Made by a program: the position numbers and the translations under genes. A DNA stretch of 64,000 bases from assembly GCA_021108325.1 (NCBI GenBank), contig JAIORB010000068.1:17196-81195 (forward strand), given 5' to 3'. The notes under the pieces are model-generated. The model was not told the DNA's origin, searched no databases, and saw nothing but the letters and a program-made list of their open reading frames with translations. Positions 8,353 through 19,075 of this stretch are shown piece after piece (positions within the stretch are counted from its first letter, which is position 1; every line of letters begins with the position of its first letter). Source of the stretch: Bacteroidales bacterium (lineage in GTDB: Bacteria; Bacteroidota; Bacteroidia; Bacteroidales; UBA12077).

Positions 8353-10182
8353 ATGACGGCAATATATACAGAAGATAGTATACGTACACTTGATTGGAAA
8401 GAACACATAAGGAAGCGTCCGGGTATGTATATCGGGAAATTAGGTGATGGTTCTTCGCAAGATGACGGGATTTACGTATTATTAAAAGAAGTTATGGATA
8501 ATTCCATCGATGAGTATATGATGGGATTTGGAAAGACAATTGATATTGAAATAACCGACAGTTATGTAAAAGTAAGGGATTTCGGTCGTGGAATACCTTT
8601 AGGGAAATTAATGGATGTTGCTTCAAAAATGAATACAGGAGCAAAATATGATTCCAAAGCGTTTAAAAAATCAGTTGGTCTGAATGGTGTTGGTATTAAA
8701 GCGGTTAATGCTTTATCGGCCAGTTTTAAAATAGAAGCTTTTCGCGATGGAGAAAGAAAATGTGTTGAATTTGCTAATGGCGAAGTGATTAGCGATGAAG
8801 ATATCCAGAAAACATCTGAAAAAAATGGTACTTTAACAACCTTTGTGCCCGACAGAGAGATATTCGGGGATTACCACTACATTGAAGAATATGTTGTTGT
8901 TCTTATTCAGAATTATGTTTTTTTAAACTCCGGCTTAACTGTTAAACTAAATGGTAAAAAGTATTATTCTGATAACGGACTTCGTGATCTTTTAGATCAG
9001 AATATGAGTTCTGAAGGATTATACCCGATTATTCATTTAAAAGGTGAAGATATTGAGATCGCTATTACACATGGTAATCAGTATGGCGAAGAGTATTATA
9101 GTTTTGTAAACGGCCAGCATACAGTACAGGGAGGATCACATTATACATCTTTCCGCGAAGCATATGTTAAAACAATTCGCGAGTTTTATAAAAAGGATTT
9201 TGATGCTTCAGATATTAGAACATCTATTGTTGCAGCTATAAGCATTAAGGTTGAAGAACCTATTTTTGAGTCGCAAACAAAAACAAAGCTTGGTTCAAAA
9301 AATATAGCTCCAAATGGTCCTTCCATCAGAAACTTTATAGGAGACTTTTTAAAGAAAGAGCTTGATAATTACCTTCACCGAAACGATGAAGTTTCCGAAG
9401 CACTTCACAGGAAAATTATCGAATCAGAAAAAGAGAGAAAAGCAATTTCCGGAATTAAAAAATTAGCTAAGCAAAGAGCAAAAAAAGCAAGTCTTCACAA
9501 TAAAAAATTACGTGATTGTCGGATGCATTATAACACAAACGATGAACGTAAAAACGAAACAATGATTTTTATTACCGAGGGAGATTCAGCAAGTGGTTCT
9601 ATTACAAAATCGCGCGATGTAAATACCCAGGCTGTTTTCAGTTTAAAAGGTAAGCCATTAAATACGTATGGTTTAACTAAGAAAATTGTTTATGAAAATG
9701 AGGAGTTTAATTTGTTGCAGGCGGCTCTCGATATTGAGGAGGGAATTGAAAACTTAAGATATAAGAATGTAGTTATAGCAACCGATGCCGATGTAGATGG
9801 TATGCACATTAGATTACTGTTGATTACATTTTTTCTGCAGTTTTTCCCTGATCTGGTTAAAAATGGACATCTATATATTTTACAAACACCATTATTCAGG
9901 GTTCGGAATAAAAAGGATACCATTTACTGTTATAGTGAAGGAGAAAAGAATAAAGCTATAAACAAACTAAAAAATAATACTGAAATAACAAGGTTTAAAG
10001 GTCTTGGTGAAATATCGCCTGATGAGTTTAAGTATTTCATAGGTAAAGATATTCGTCTGGATCCTGTACGGCTTAGGAGGGATGATGCAGTAAAAGATTT
10101 ACTGGAATTTTACATGGGCAAAAATACACCCGAAAGACAGGATTTTATTGTTGAAAATCTTAAAGTGGAAGTTTCAGATTAA
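8353..10182 (+). CDS. parE: DNA topoisomerase IV subunit B (type IIA topoisomerase ATPase subunit)
   Basis: GHKL ATPase region ([19 protein letters not shown]), Toprim EGDSA and DADVDG motifs. I prefer the ATG at 8353 to the TTG at 8293 in the ORF track. It is paired with a ParC-like gene downstream. Confidence 0.85.
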   Translation: MTAIYTEDSIRTLDWKEHIRKRPGMYIGKLGDGSSQDDGIYVLLKEVMDNSIDEYMMGFGKTIDIEITDSYVKVRDFGRGIPLGKLMDVASKMNTGAKYDSKAFKKSVGLNGVGIKAVNALSASFKIEAFRDGERKCVEFANGEVISDEDIQKTSEKNGTLTTFVPDREIFGDYHYIEEYVVVLIQNYVFLNSGLTVKLNGKKYYSDNGLRDLLDQNMSSEGLYPIIHLKGEDIEIAITHGNQYGEEYYSFVNGQHTVQGGSHYTSFREAYVKTIREFYKKDFDASDIRTSIVAAISIKVEEPIFESQTKTKLGSKNIAPNGPSIRNFIGDFLKKELDNYLHRNDEVSEALHRKIIESEKERKAISGIKKLAKQRAKKASLHNKKLRDCRMHYNTNDERKNETMIFITEGDSASGSITKSRDVNTQAVFSLKGKPLNTYGLTKKIVYENEEFNLLQAALDIEEGIENLRYKNVVIATDADVDGMHIRLLLITFFLQFFPDLVKNGHLYILQTPLFRVRNKKDTIYCYSEGEKNKAINKLKNNTEITRFKGLGEISPDEFKYFIGKDIRLDPVRLRRDDAVKDLLEFYMGKNTPERQDFIVENLKVEVSD

Positions 10183-10220
10183 AAAAACAGATTGATCAAT
10201 TAAAAGAGATTGTTGTAAGG

Positions 10221-12857
10221 ATGAGTAACGAGAAAAACGAAAAAACAGATCAACAGAACAAAGAAGAATTAGAACTGAATTCAGAAATATCTGACAAAGA
10301 AAAGCAGAGCGAAGAAATGCATAAAATAGTGCATTTGTCAGGAATGTATAAAGATTGGTTTCTTGATTATGCTTCGTATGTTATACTTGAAAGAGCTGTT
10401 CCTCATTTACATGATGGACTAAAACCTGTTCAGCGTAGGATTTTACATGCAATGAAAAGGCTGGATGACGGCAGGTATAATAAAGTTGCTAATATTATTG
10501 GTTATACAATGCAATATCATCCACATGGCGATGCGTCAATTGGAGATGCTCTTGTTCAGATTGGCCAGAAAGATTTATTAATTGATGCTCAAGGTAACTG
10601 GGGAAATGTTTTAACCGGCGATGGAGCTGCTGCTTCCAGATATATCGAAGCCCGATTATCAAAGTTTGCTCTGGATGTTGTTTTTAATCCTAAAACTACC
10701 GAATGGAAAAAGTCATACGATGGGCGAAACAACGAGCCGGTTACACTGCCTGTTAAGTTTCCTTTGCTTTTAACACAAGGTGTTGAGGGAATCGCAGTTG
10801 GTCTTGCTTCAAAAATTTTACCTCATAATTTTAATGAATTAATTGATGCTGCAATAGCATATTTAAAAGGTAAAAATTTTGAAATTTATCCTGATTTTCT
10901 AACAGGAGGGATAGCAGATTTTAGTAAATACAATGAAGGTATACGTGGTGGTTCAATAAAAATCCGGGCAAAAATTGAAAAAGAAGATAAGAAAACGCTA
11001 AAAATCACAGAACTTCCTTTTAGTAAAACAACGCAAAGTCTTATAGATTCTATTTTAAAAGCAAATGAAAAAGGAAAAATAAAGATCAGGAAAATTGATG
11101 ATAACACAGCCGAAAATGTAGAAATATTAATTCATTTACCGGCAGGAACATCACCCGATCAAACAATAGATGCACTATATGCCTTTACTGATTGCGAAGT
11201 TTCAATATCGCCAAATTCATGTGTTATTGAAAACTCAAAACCTATATTTATAGGAGTTTCTGAAATGCTCAAGAATTCAGCTGATAATACAGTTGAACTA
11301 TTAAAGAAAGAACTCCAAATTAAAAAACATGAGCTGCAGGAGGCATGGCATCTTACATCACTGGAAAAAATCTTTATTGAAAACAGAATATATCACGATA
11401 TAGAAGAATGCGAAACATGGGAGTCTGTAATTAAAACTATTGATAAGGGACTTGAACCATTTAAGAAAATATTACTACGCGAGGTAACCGAAGAGGATAT
11501 TGTAAAGCTTACCGAAATTAAAATTAAGCGTATTACAAAATTCGATATTAAAAAAGCTGATGAATATATTCATGGACTTGAAGAAGAAATAAAAGAAGTT
11601 CAGAATCATCTGGATCATATTATTGAATATGCAATTAACTATTATAAGCAAATACGCAAAAAACATGGTGATGGCCGTGATCGAAAAACAGAAATCAGAA
11701 ATCTTGATTCAATAGCCGCAACGCAGGTTGTTGTTGCCAATAGAAAGCTTTATGTAAATCGTGAAGAAGGTTTTATTGGAACAGGTCTTAAAAAGGACGA
11801 ATATGTGAGCGAGTGTTCAGATATTGATGAGGTGATTGTATTTCTTCGTGATGGGAAATATATAATTACCAAAGCTGACGATAAGGTATTTGTTGGTAAA
11901 GATATAATTCATGTTGCTGTTTTTAAACGAAATGATGACCGCACAATTTATAATATAATCTATCGTGATGGCCTAAACGGAGCTATCATGATCAAACGTT
12001 GTGCTATTAAAGGAATAACGCGTGATAAAGATTACAATATTTCGAAAGGTACTAAGGGATCGAAGATTCTTTACATGACAGTTAATCCAAATGGTGAAGC
12101 AGAAATTGTTAAGATATATTTACGTCCACGACCAAGATTGAAAAAACCGATTTTTGAATTTGAATTTAGCGAATTGGCAATAAAAGGCCGACAATCAATG
12201 GGTAATATCCTGACAAAATATGCAATTCATAAAATTGTATTGAAGGATGAAGGAGTTTCTACACTGGGAGACAGAAAGATTTGGTTCGAAGAAGAAGTAT
12301 TGCGTTTAAATGCCGATGGAAGAGGAAATTATTTAGGGGAATTCCATGCAGATGATAAAATACTGGTTGTTACTAAATCAGGAAATTACAGATTATCAAC
12401 TTATGATTTAATGAATCATTTTGAAGATGATGTTATGATTGTAGAAAAATACAGACAGGAAAAAATATTTTCTGCAGTGTACTACGATGCTGATCTTGAA
12501 TACTATTACATAAAAAGGTTTATCATTGATCCTGTTGATAAGCCAACAAGTTTTATAGGCGATAACGAAGAATCACGATTAATTAAATTAACAGAAGTTG
12601 AATATCCAAGACTGGAAGTTTCATTTGGAGGCAGACATAAAAATCGTGAAAATGACATTATTGAAGTTGCTGAATTTATTGGTGTTAAAAGTTATAAGGC
12701 AAGAGGGAAACGACTATCTAATTACGAGGTAAAGGTGGTTAAAGAACTTGAACCTTTAATTGTTAAGGAAGAAGAGCCAGAAATACCGGAATCTGTAGAG
12801 GATATGAAGGATGAGGACACATCTCAGATGAGTTTGTTTGAAAATGGTAAAAAATAA
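10221..12857 (+). CDS. parC: DNA topoisomerase IV subunit A
   Basis: DGLKPVQRRIL and YHPHGDASIGDALV motifs are present. Length is 878 aa with a long C-terminal beta-pinwheel region. The ParC versus GyrA assignment is inferred from Bacteroidota-type sequence and the pairing with parE. Confidence 0.8.
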   Translation: MSNEKNEKTDQQNKEELELNSEISDKEKQSEEMHKIVHLSGMYKDWFLDYASYVILERAVPHLHDGLKPVQRRILHAMKRLDDGRYNKVANIIGYTMQYHPHGDASIGDALVQIGQKDLLIDAQGNWGNVLTGDGAAASRYIEARLSKFALDVVFNPKTTEWKKSYDGRNNEPVTLPVKFPLLLTQGVEGIAVGLASKILPHNFNELIDAAIAYLKGKNFEIYPDFLTGGIADFSKYNEGIRGGSIKIRAKIEKEDKKTLKITELPFSKTTQSLIDSILKANEKGKIKIRKIDDNTAENVEILIHLPAGTSPDQTIDALYAFTDCEVSISPNSCVIENSKPIFIGVSEMLKNSADNTVELLKKELQIKKHELQEAWHLTSLEKIFIENRIYHDIEECETWESVIKTIDKGLEPFKKILLREVTEEDIVKLTEIKIKRITKFDIKKADEYIHGLEEEIKEVQNHLDHIIEYAINYYKQIRKKHGDGRDRKTEIRNLDSIAATQVVVANRKLYVNREEGFIGTGLKKDEYVSECSDIDEVIVFLRDGKYIITKADDKVFVGKDIIHVAVFKRNDDRTIYNIIYRDGLNGAIMIKRCAIKGITRDKDYNISKGTKGSKILYMTVNPNGEAEIVKIYLRPRPRLKKPIFEFEFSELAIKGRQSMGNILTKYAIHKIVLKDEGVSTLGDRKIWFEEEVLRLNADGRGNYLGEFHADDKILVVTKSGNYRLSTYDLMNHFEDDVMIVEKYRQEKIFSAVYYDADLEYYYIKRFIIDPVDKPTSFIGDNEESRLIKLTEVEYPRLEVSFGGRHKNRENDIIEVAEFIGVKSYKARGKRLSNYEVKVVKELEPLIVKEEEPEIPESVEDMKDEDTSQMSLFENGKK

Positions 12858-12912
12858 TGAATTTTTATTCCAATTAGATTTTTTGTATATTTAGTAATCA
12901 AAATTAAAGCTT

Positions 12913-13416
12913 ATGAGAGTTTTTCTAATTGGTTTTATGGCAAGTGGCAAATCTTCAGTTGGTAAAAAACTGGCTAAAAAGATTGGATTACCTTTCATTG
13001 ATCTTGATGATTATATTGAAGAAAAATACAACTCGACTATTCGTTCACTTATTTATAATATGGGAATGGATAAATTTAGAGAAATAGAAAAACAATCTTT
13101 AGAGACCATAATTAATAAAAACGAAAATATTCTGCTTTCAACTGGTGGTGGTACTTCATGTTATTTCGATAATATGAAATTGATGAATGAGACTGGAGTT
13201 ACCATTTACCTGGAAGTTGATATTCATACACTGGTTAATCGGTTAATGCATGCAAAAAAAGACAGGCCTTTAATATGGGGGAAATCAAGAGAAGATCTAA
13301 CTGTTTATGCAAAAGATCTGTTAGGCAGAAGACAGGTTTATTATCAAAAAGCCATGCATACGATAAGTGGTAAAGATCTTAAAATAGAATCTATAGTAAA
13401 TTTGCTTGAAATTTAA
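12913..13416 (+). CDS. aroK: shikimate kinase
   Basis: Walker A GFMASGKSSVG, a DLD motif, and a 167-aa length. Confidence 0.9.
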   Translation: MRVFLIGFMASGKSSVGKKLAKKIGLPFIDLDDYIEEKYNSTIRSLIYNMGMDKFREIEKQSLETIINKNENILLSTGGGTSCYFDNMKLMNETGVTIYLEVDIHTLVNRLMHAKKDRPLIWGKSREDLTVYAKDLLGRRQVYYQKAMHTISGKDLKIESIVNLLEI

Positions 13417-13427
13417 ACTTAATAGTT

Positions 13428-15368
13428 TTAGATTTTTATTCCGATTGATAGAACATCATCAACTTGTGGTTGTTGCCCTTTCCAGTTGATGAGAGTTTCA
13501 TAAAGAATTCTTTTTTGTTCAGTCATTTCTTTTTCATGAATATCAAGAAGTAATTCTCGTAAATTTCCGATTCTGAATTTCTTTTTTCGTGGACCTCCAA
13601 ACTGGTCAACAAAACCATCAGTAAACATGTAAAATAAATCTCCTTTTTGAATCTCCATTGTGTGATTGGTGAATGGAGCAATAGGTTTTTCCGATATCCC
13701 CACTGGCATTCTGTCTGCTTTTATTACATTGAGCATATGATCACGGATATAATATAAGGGATTATATGCACCAGCGTATTCAAGAATCATCTTGTTGTAA
13801 TCAATAACAACCAGGGCTAAATCTATTCCATCTTTAGATTCATTAATCCGGTTGGCATGTACCATGGTTTTTATTATTTTTCGTCTTAATAAAGATAAAA
13901 TTTCCGAAGGCTTAGCAATTTGTTCATCGTAAACAATTTCGTTTAAGAAATTTATTCCTATAATACTCAAGAATGCGCCAGGAACTCCATGTCCTGTGCA
14001 ATCAGCAGCAACAATAATTGATTTGTTGTTAATTTCCGCCACCCAATAAAAGTCGCCACTTACTATATCTTTTGGTTTAAACAAACAAAATCCTTTTTTT
14101 AGAATCTTTTGCAATGTAATTTTATCGGGGAACAATGCTATTTGGATATGTTTTGCATATTCGATACTGTCAGTAATATCCCTTTTTTGATTTAAGATTT
14201 TATTTGTTTGTAGTTCGGAAAGATCAATTTGACGTTTTATTTCATCACGTTGAGCTTCAATTTCGTCACGTTGAGCTTCGATTTCTTCTTTTTGCTGCAT
14301 CACTTCAGCGTTTCGTAATCTCAGAATCTGATTATTATTTTTACGAAATTTATTTGTCCGAATTAAAATAATTAATAAAATACTAAAAATAGCCAGTCCG
14401 GATAAACCGAAAATGTTTAATATACTCTTTTGTTTTTTCTGTTTGTTAAGCTGTTCAATTTCTTGTTGTTTCTTATCTGTTTGATATTTTATTTCTAATT
14501 CGGCAATATATGCATTAGATTCTTCATTTATCCTGTTGTTTTTTAAATCGTAGAATTTCTCAAGATAAAGAAGAGTTTTTTTTGTATTTCCAATTTTTTT
14601 ATAAACCTGATAAAGAACATCATAGTTTATCTCCAGAGTATGATTATAGTTCAGAGAGTTACAAATGATAATGCTTTTCTCACAATACTCAATAGCAGTA
14701 TCATAATTTCGTAACTTAAGATTTATTCCTCCTAAATTAAGATAAGAGGTTGATATACCTTCCTGATCATTTAAGCCAAGCTCTATTTTCAGTGATTTTT
14801 TATAAAAATCTCTTGCTTGTGCAAATAAGTTAAGGTATTCGTGTAGAACTCCCAGATTATTATAAGTACTGCTTAATCCATTAATGTCGTTAAGTTTAAG
14901 GTTAATTGTCAAAGCTTTTTCATAGTATTGTATTGCTTCAGGATAGTTTTCAATAGCCCTGTAAACAGTACCTAAATTATTATATGCTCTTCCAATGCCT
15001 CTTTCATCTTCTTTTTCTATTTGGGTGATAAGAAATTTTTGGAAGTAATTAAGAGAAGTAGTGTAATTCTCTTGATAAAAGTATGATTCACCTAAAATCT
15101 GGTAACAATACTCGATAATATTTATACTATCGTATTCTTCGGCAAGGATTAAAAATTTATTGGCTAAACGGATAGCTTTACCAGGGGCATTATATATGTA
15201 GTAATCGGTTAAGGCATAATAATATGGAATTTTTTTTATTCCTTCAGATTTTTCCAAAATAACTTCGAGGGAATCTATATTGTAGTCTTGAGCAAATGTT
15301 TTATCAATCCCAACTGAAGAGAGAATTAATACTAAGAAAATAAAAAAAGCTGGTACTCTGGTTTTCAT
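13428..15368 (-). CDS. TPR-repeat sensor with C-terminal PP2C/SpoIIE-type serine phosphatase domain
   Basis: Order of parts: signal peptide, multiple TPR units (YNNLG repeats), one TM helix, a coiled coil (EIEAQRDEIEAQRDEI), then a SpoIIE-like domain (SGDFYW, DCTGHGVPGA, FTDGFVDQ). Confidence 0.8.
   Translation of the reverse strand: MKTRVPAFFIFLVLILSSVGIDKTFAQDYNIDSLEVILEKSEGIKKIPYYYALTDYYIYNAPGKAIRLANKFLILAEEYDSINIIEYCYQILGESYFYQENYTTSLNYFQKFLITQIEKEDERGIGRAYNNLGTVYRAIENYPEAIQYYEKALTINLKLNDINGLSSTYNNLGVLHEYLNLFAQARDFYKKSLKIELGLNDQEGISTSYLNLGGINLKLRNYDTAIEYCEKSIIICNSLNYNHTLEINYDVLYQVYKKIGNTKKTLLYLEKFYDLKNNRINEESNAYIAELEIKYQTDKKQQEIEQLNKQKKQKSILNIFGLSGLAIFSILLIILIRTNKFRKNNNQILRLRNAEVMQQKEEIEAQRDEIEAQRDEIKRQIDLSELQTNKILNQKRDITDSIEYAKHIQIALFPDKITLQKILKKGFCLFKPKDIVSGDFYWVAEINNKSIIVAADCTGHGVPGAFLSIIGINFLNEIVYDEQIAKPSEILSLLRRKIIKTMVHANRINESKDGIDLALVVIDYNKMILEYAGAYNPLYYIRDHMLNVIKADRMPVGISEKPIAPFTNHTMEIQKGDLFYMFTDGFVDQFGGPRKKKFRIGNLRELLLDIHEKEMTEQKRILYETLINWKGQQPQVDDVLSIGIKI
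14239..14288 (-). repeat. in-frame 21-bp tandem repeat (2.4 copies) encoding EIEAQRD repeats
   Basis: atttcatcacgttgagcttca / atttcgtcacgttgagcttcg / atttcttc, inside the coiled-coil linker of the TPR-PP2C gene. Confidence 0.9.
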
Positions 15369-15501
15369 ATCAGCATTAAAAAGAAAAAGGTTTATTCCTA
15401 TATCTTTCTAAGTTACGAAAAAAAACAAAAAAGGATTCAATTAATTTATTCTTTTAAAGATAATTATAAAAGGAGCATCATTTGATACTCCTTTAAATGG
15501 T

Positions 15502-17322
15502 TTATGCAAAAATCTGAAGATCATGCAGTTTTTTATAAACTCCTTGTTTTGCAAGTAATTGTTTATGCTTGCCTCTTTCAACAATTTCCCCTTCATGAAG
15601 TACACAAATTTCATTGGCATCGCGAACGGTTGAAAGTCTGTGAGCAATAACGATGGAAGTTCTGTTTTCCATTAGTTTAAACAAAGCATCCTGAACCAGT
15701 TTTTCTGATTCAGTATCTAATGACGAGGTTGCCTCATCCAGAATAAGAACAGGTGGATTTTTTAACACCGCACGTGCAATACTAATTCTTTGCCTTTGTC
15801 CTCCTGAAAGTTTGCTTCCCCGGTCACCTATATTTGTTTGGTAACCATTTTCGGTTTGTAAAATAAATTCATGTGCGTTGGCAACTTTCGCTGCAGCAAT
15901 AATTTCTTCCTCAGTTGCATTTTCCATTCCGAAAGCTATATTATTGTATATTGTATCATTAAATAAAATTGATTCCTGACTTACTATTCCCATTAAGTTT
16001 CGAAGATCTTTTATTTTTAAATCCTGAATATTATGTCCGTCAATTAGAATTTCACCTTCAACTATATCATAAAATCGTGGTAATAAATCTACGAGAGTTG
16101 ATTTTCCTGAACCTGACTGGCCTACTAATGCAACTATATTTCCTTTCTTAATCTTAAGGTTAATATTTTTCAACACATAGTCCTCAATATACTTAAAGTT
16201 TAGATTTTTGTATTCAATCTCATTTTTAAAATCTTCAATAGCTTCAGCATTTGGTTTTTCATTAATGGTTATTTCAGCATCAAGGATAATATTTATTCGG
16301 TCTAATGAAGCTAACCCACGCTGAAGATTATAATAGGCCGTTGACAAATCTTTTGAAGGAGGAATAATTTGCGAAAAAATTACCAGATAAGCTATAAAAG
16401 TTTGTGGTAACATACTTACATCCTGGCTTAAAACCATGCTGCCTCCATACCACATAATAATAATAATAACTATTGTTGCTAATAATTCACTTGATGGTCC
16501 GGCAAGATCTTTTCTTCGCCAAATTTTATTCATTAAGCTGGTGTAAGAATTATTCTCATCGATAAAACGCTGATTTATTTTTTTCTCCGTATTAAAGGCT
16601 TTAATAATTCGTAGGCCAAAAAGAGTTTCTTCAATGTAGGACATTATTAATCCAAGTTTATTTTGTCCTTTAACAGATTTACGACGTAATGATTTACCAA
16701 TTCGTCCAATAATAGCTCCAGATATAGGTAATAATACCAGAACGAATAATGTTAGAAACGGGCTCATGATAAATAAAACAGCCAAATAAATAATCATTGT
16801 TATTGGAGCTTTTATGGCATTGTTTAAAGAACGAACAACAGAAGATTCAACTTCTTGGACATCACTTGTCATTCGAGCCATTAAATCTCCTTTACGTTCT
16901 TCGGTAAAATAGGATAGTTGTAATTCAAGAATCCTTGTATTTAATTTATTTCTGATATCACGTACAACTCCATTTCTTAAAGGAGCCATTACGTAGTTAC
17001 TTGAATATTGTAAAAGTGTTTTGAAAAAAGCGAAAATAACAACCAATATACTCACAGTTAAGAGGGCCGTGTTAACTCCCTGGTTAGCTATGATCTGACT
17101 AAGTAAATAGTAGAAATTATGTGTAATTGCTTCAGTATTGAAAGCAAACTCAACAGGACTTTCAACCATAGGCTGATTATCAAATAAAATTCCTAAAAAA
17201 GGAATAACCATTGTAAATGAAAACAACGAGAATATTGTTGCCAAAAATGATAAGCCTACACTTGAAACTCCCTTGCCCCAGTAGGGAATCATATATCTTA
17301 AAATTTTACCAAATCCTTTCAT
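15502..17322 (-). CDS. ABC transporter, fused permease/ATPase (MsbA-like exporter)
   Basis: Six-TM domain, Walker A GQSGSGKST, signature LSGGQRQRISIARA, Walker B LILDEATS. Confidence 0.85.
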   Translation of the reverse strand: MKGFGKILRYMIPYWGKGVSSVGLSFLATIFSLFSFTMVIPFLGILFDNQPMVESPVEFAFNTEAITHNFYYLLSQIIANQGVNTALLTVSILVVIFAFFKTLLQYSSNYVMAPLRNGVVRDIRNKLNTRILELQLSYFTEERKGDLMARMTSDVQEVESSVVRSLNNAIKAPITMIIYLAVLFIMSPFLTLFVLVLLPISGAIIGRIGKSLRRKSVKGQNKLGLIMSYIEETLFGLRIIKAFNTEKKINQRFIDENNSYTSLMNKIWRRKDLAGPSSELLATIVIIIIMWYGGSMVLSQDVSMLPQTFIAYLVIFSQIIPPSKDLSTAYYNLQRGLASLDRINIILDAEITINEKPNAEAIEDFKNEIEYKNLNFKYIEDYVLKNINLKIKKGNIVALVGQSGSGKSTLVDLLPRFYDIVEGEILIDGHNIQDLKIKDLRNLMGIVSQESILFNDTIYNNIAFGMENATEEEIIAAAKVANAHEFILQTENGYQTNIGDRGSKLSGGQRQRISIARAVLKNPPVLILDEATSSLDTESEKLVQDALFKLMENRTSIVIAHRLSTVRDANEICVLHEGEIVERGKHKQLLAKQGVYKKLHDLQIFA

Positions 17323-17445
17323 TTCTCGATTTTATTTAATGTATAAAATAATGAACTGACAAATGTAGAAAAAATTATATTAGCAAGTCGGAAATTAATT
17401 AGCATTGAGATTTACGGAAAGGAATTTTATATTTTTTTAACATTT

Positions 17446-18981
17446 TTAAAACTGAAAATAAATAAAGGGCTGTATTTCTGCTGATTTAGCCTGGTATAAT
17501 ATAAAAATTACAATAACTGCAAGCAGAACTTTAATTATTATGTGAGATTTTATAAACCATCCCCGATAGTTTTCTTTAAACGATGAAGGCAACCAATGAA
17601 TTGTAAATCCCAAAATTATTATAAAAAATATTTTATAATATGATGAAACCATTACAGGTATAAGCTCCAGTTGAAAATTGCCGGTAATTTGTTTTATCAT
17701 TCCAAGAGCATTTTCCATATTTTCTGCTCGGAAAAATATCCATGCAAAAGTCACAAGGTGAAAAGTTGTAAATACTGATACAAAACGGAAGAATATATTT
17801 TTGCTGGATCGGGATGTGTAATATTTGCTCAAAGACAAATTCATTTTCACCCAGAGTTTTTGAATAACAAGTCCAATTCCATGTATTCCTCCCCAAATAA
17901 TAAATCTCATGCTTGCACCATGCCAAAGTCCTCCAAGTAACATTGTAATCATAATATTTACGTACATTTTTACTTTCCCTTTTTTGTTTCCTCCAAGTGG
18001 AATGTATAAATAATCACGTAACCATGATGATAATGAAATATGCCATCTTCTCCAGAAATCGGTAATATTAATGGCCTTATAAGGAGAGTTAAAATTAACA
18101 GGCAATCTGAATCCAAGTAATAAAGCAACACCAATTGCAATATCTGTGTATCCTGAAAAATCGCAGTATATCTGAATGGAATATCCATAAACAGCCATGA
18201 GATTTTCAAAGCCGGTAAACGACAATGGAGACTCGAATATTCGATCAACAAAATTGATGGAGATATAATCAGAGATCAACATTTTCTTAACTAAGCCATT
18301 AAGAATTAAAAATACGGCATGCCCAAATTCTCGTTTTGATAATTTAAACTTTTGATACAATTGAGGAATAAATTCTGCTGCCCGAACAATTGGCCCTGCA
18401 ACTAATTGAGGGAAGAATGAAACATAAAATCCAAAATCGATGATATTTTTTACCGGTTTTAACTTGCCGCGATATACATCAACAGTATAGCTTATGGTTT
18501 GAAAAGTATAAAAGGAAATTCCAACAGGCAAAATAATTCTGGAGACATTAAACGATGAACCTGTCAGGCTATTGGTCCACGAAGCTAAGTGATTTATAAC
18601 TTCAAAATCTGAATGAAAGGTGGTATTTATAATATCGGTAAAAAAGTAAGTGTATTTGAAATAAGCTAATAAACTAAGATTGATTATTATACTTGTTGCA
18701 ACAAAAAGTTTTTTCTTTAAGCTTGTTTTTGCACTGTAAATTAGCTGTCCAAGAGTGAAGTCTGCTATTGTCGAAAATATAAGTAAAGTAAAAAAATATC
18801 CGCCCGACTTATAATAAAAGAATAAACTTATAAAAAACAGGTAGGCGTTTCGTAAAGGATTTTTTTTGTATATAACAGAGTAGATGACTAGTAAAAGGGC
18901 ATAGAATCCCCAGAAGTAAAGCCTTGTAAATAACAATGGTTTTGCTTCGGAGTATAATAATATGTCTTTTAAAATGTCCAT
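17446..18981 (-). CDS. MBOAT-family membrane O-acyltransferase (AlgI/DltB/PatA-like)
   Basis: Polytopic membrane protein with the conserved FWRRWHISLSSWLRDYLYIPLGG histidine block. Confidence 0.85.
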   Translation of the reverse strand: MDILKDILLYSEAKPLLFTRLYFWGFYALLLVIYSVIYKKNPLRNAYLFFISLFFYYKSGGYFFTLLIFSTIADFTLGQLIYSAKTSLKKKLFVATSIIINLSLLAYFKYTYFFTDIINTTFHSDFEVINHLASWTNSLTGSSFNVSRIILPVGISFYTFQTISYTVDVYRGKLKPVKNIIDFGFYVSFFPQLVAGPIVRAAEFIPQLYQKFKLSKREFGHAVFLILNGLVKKMLISDYISINFVDRIFESPLSFTGFENLMAVYGYSIQIYCDFSGYTDIAIGVALLLGFRLPVNFNSPYKAINITDFWRRWHISLSSWLRDYLYIPLGGNKKGKVKMYVNIMITMLLGGLWHGASMRFIIWGGIHGIGLVIQKLWVKMNLSLSKYYTSRSSKNIFFRFVSVFTTFHLVTFAWIFFRAENMENALGMIKQITGNFQLELIPVMVSSYYKIFFIIILGFTIHWLPSSFKENYRGWFIKSHIIIKVLLAVIVIFILYQAKSAEIQPFIYFQF

Positions 18982-18994
18982 TTTACGTTCTCTA

Positions 18995-19074
18995 TGTCAT
19001 TCCTGACGGAGCTTTTGCGGAGATCAGGAATCTATCTATCAGCTTTAGATTCCGGGTCTCCGCCCGGAATGACA
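18995..19074. repeat. 80-bp four-arm palindromic element (TGTCATTCC...GGAATGACA), REP/MITE-like, copy 1
   Basis: Terminal inverted repeats tgtcattcc/ggaatgaca. Internal hairpins attcctga...tcaggaat and attccggg...cccggaat. It fills the gap between the SGNH gene stop and the MBOAT gene start. Confidence 0.85.
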
Positions 19075-19075
19075 T

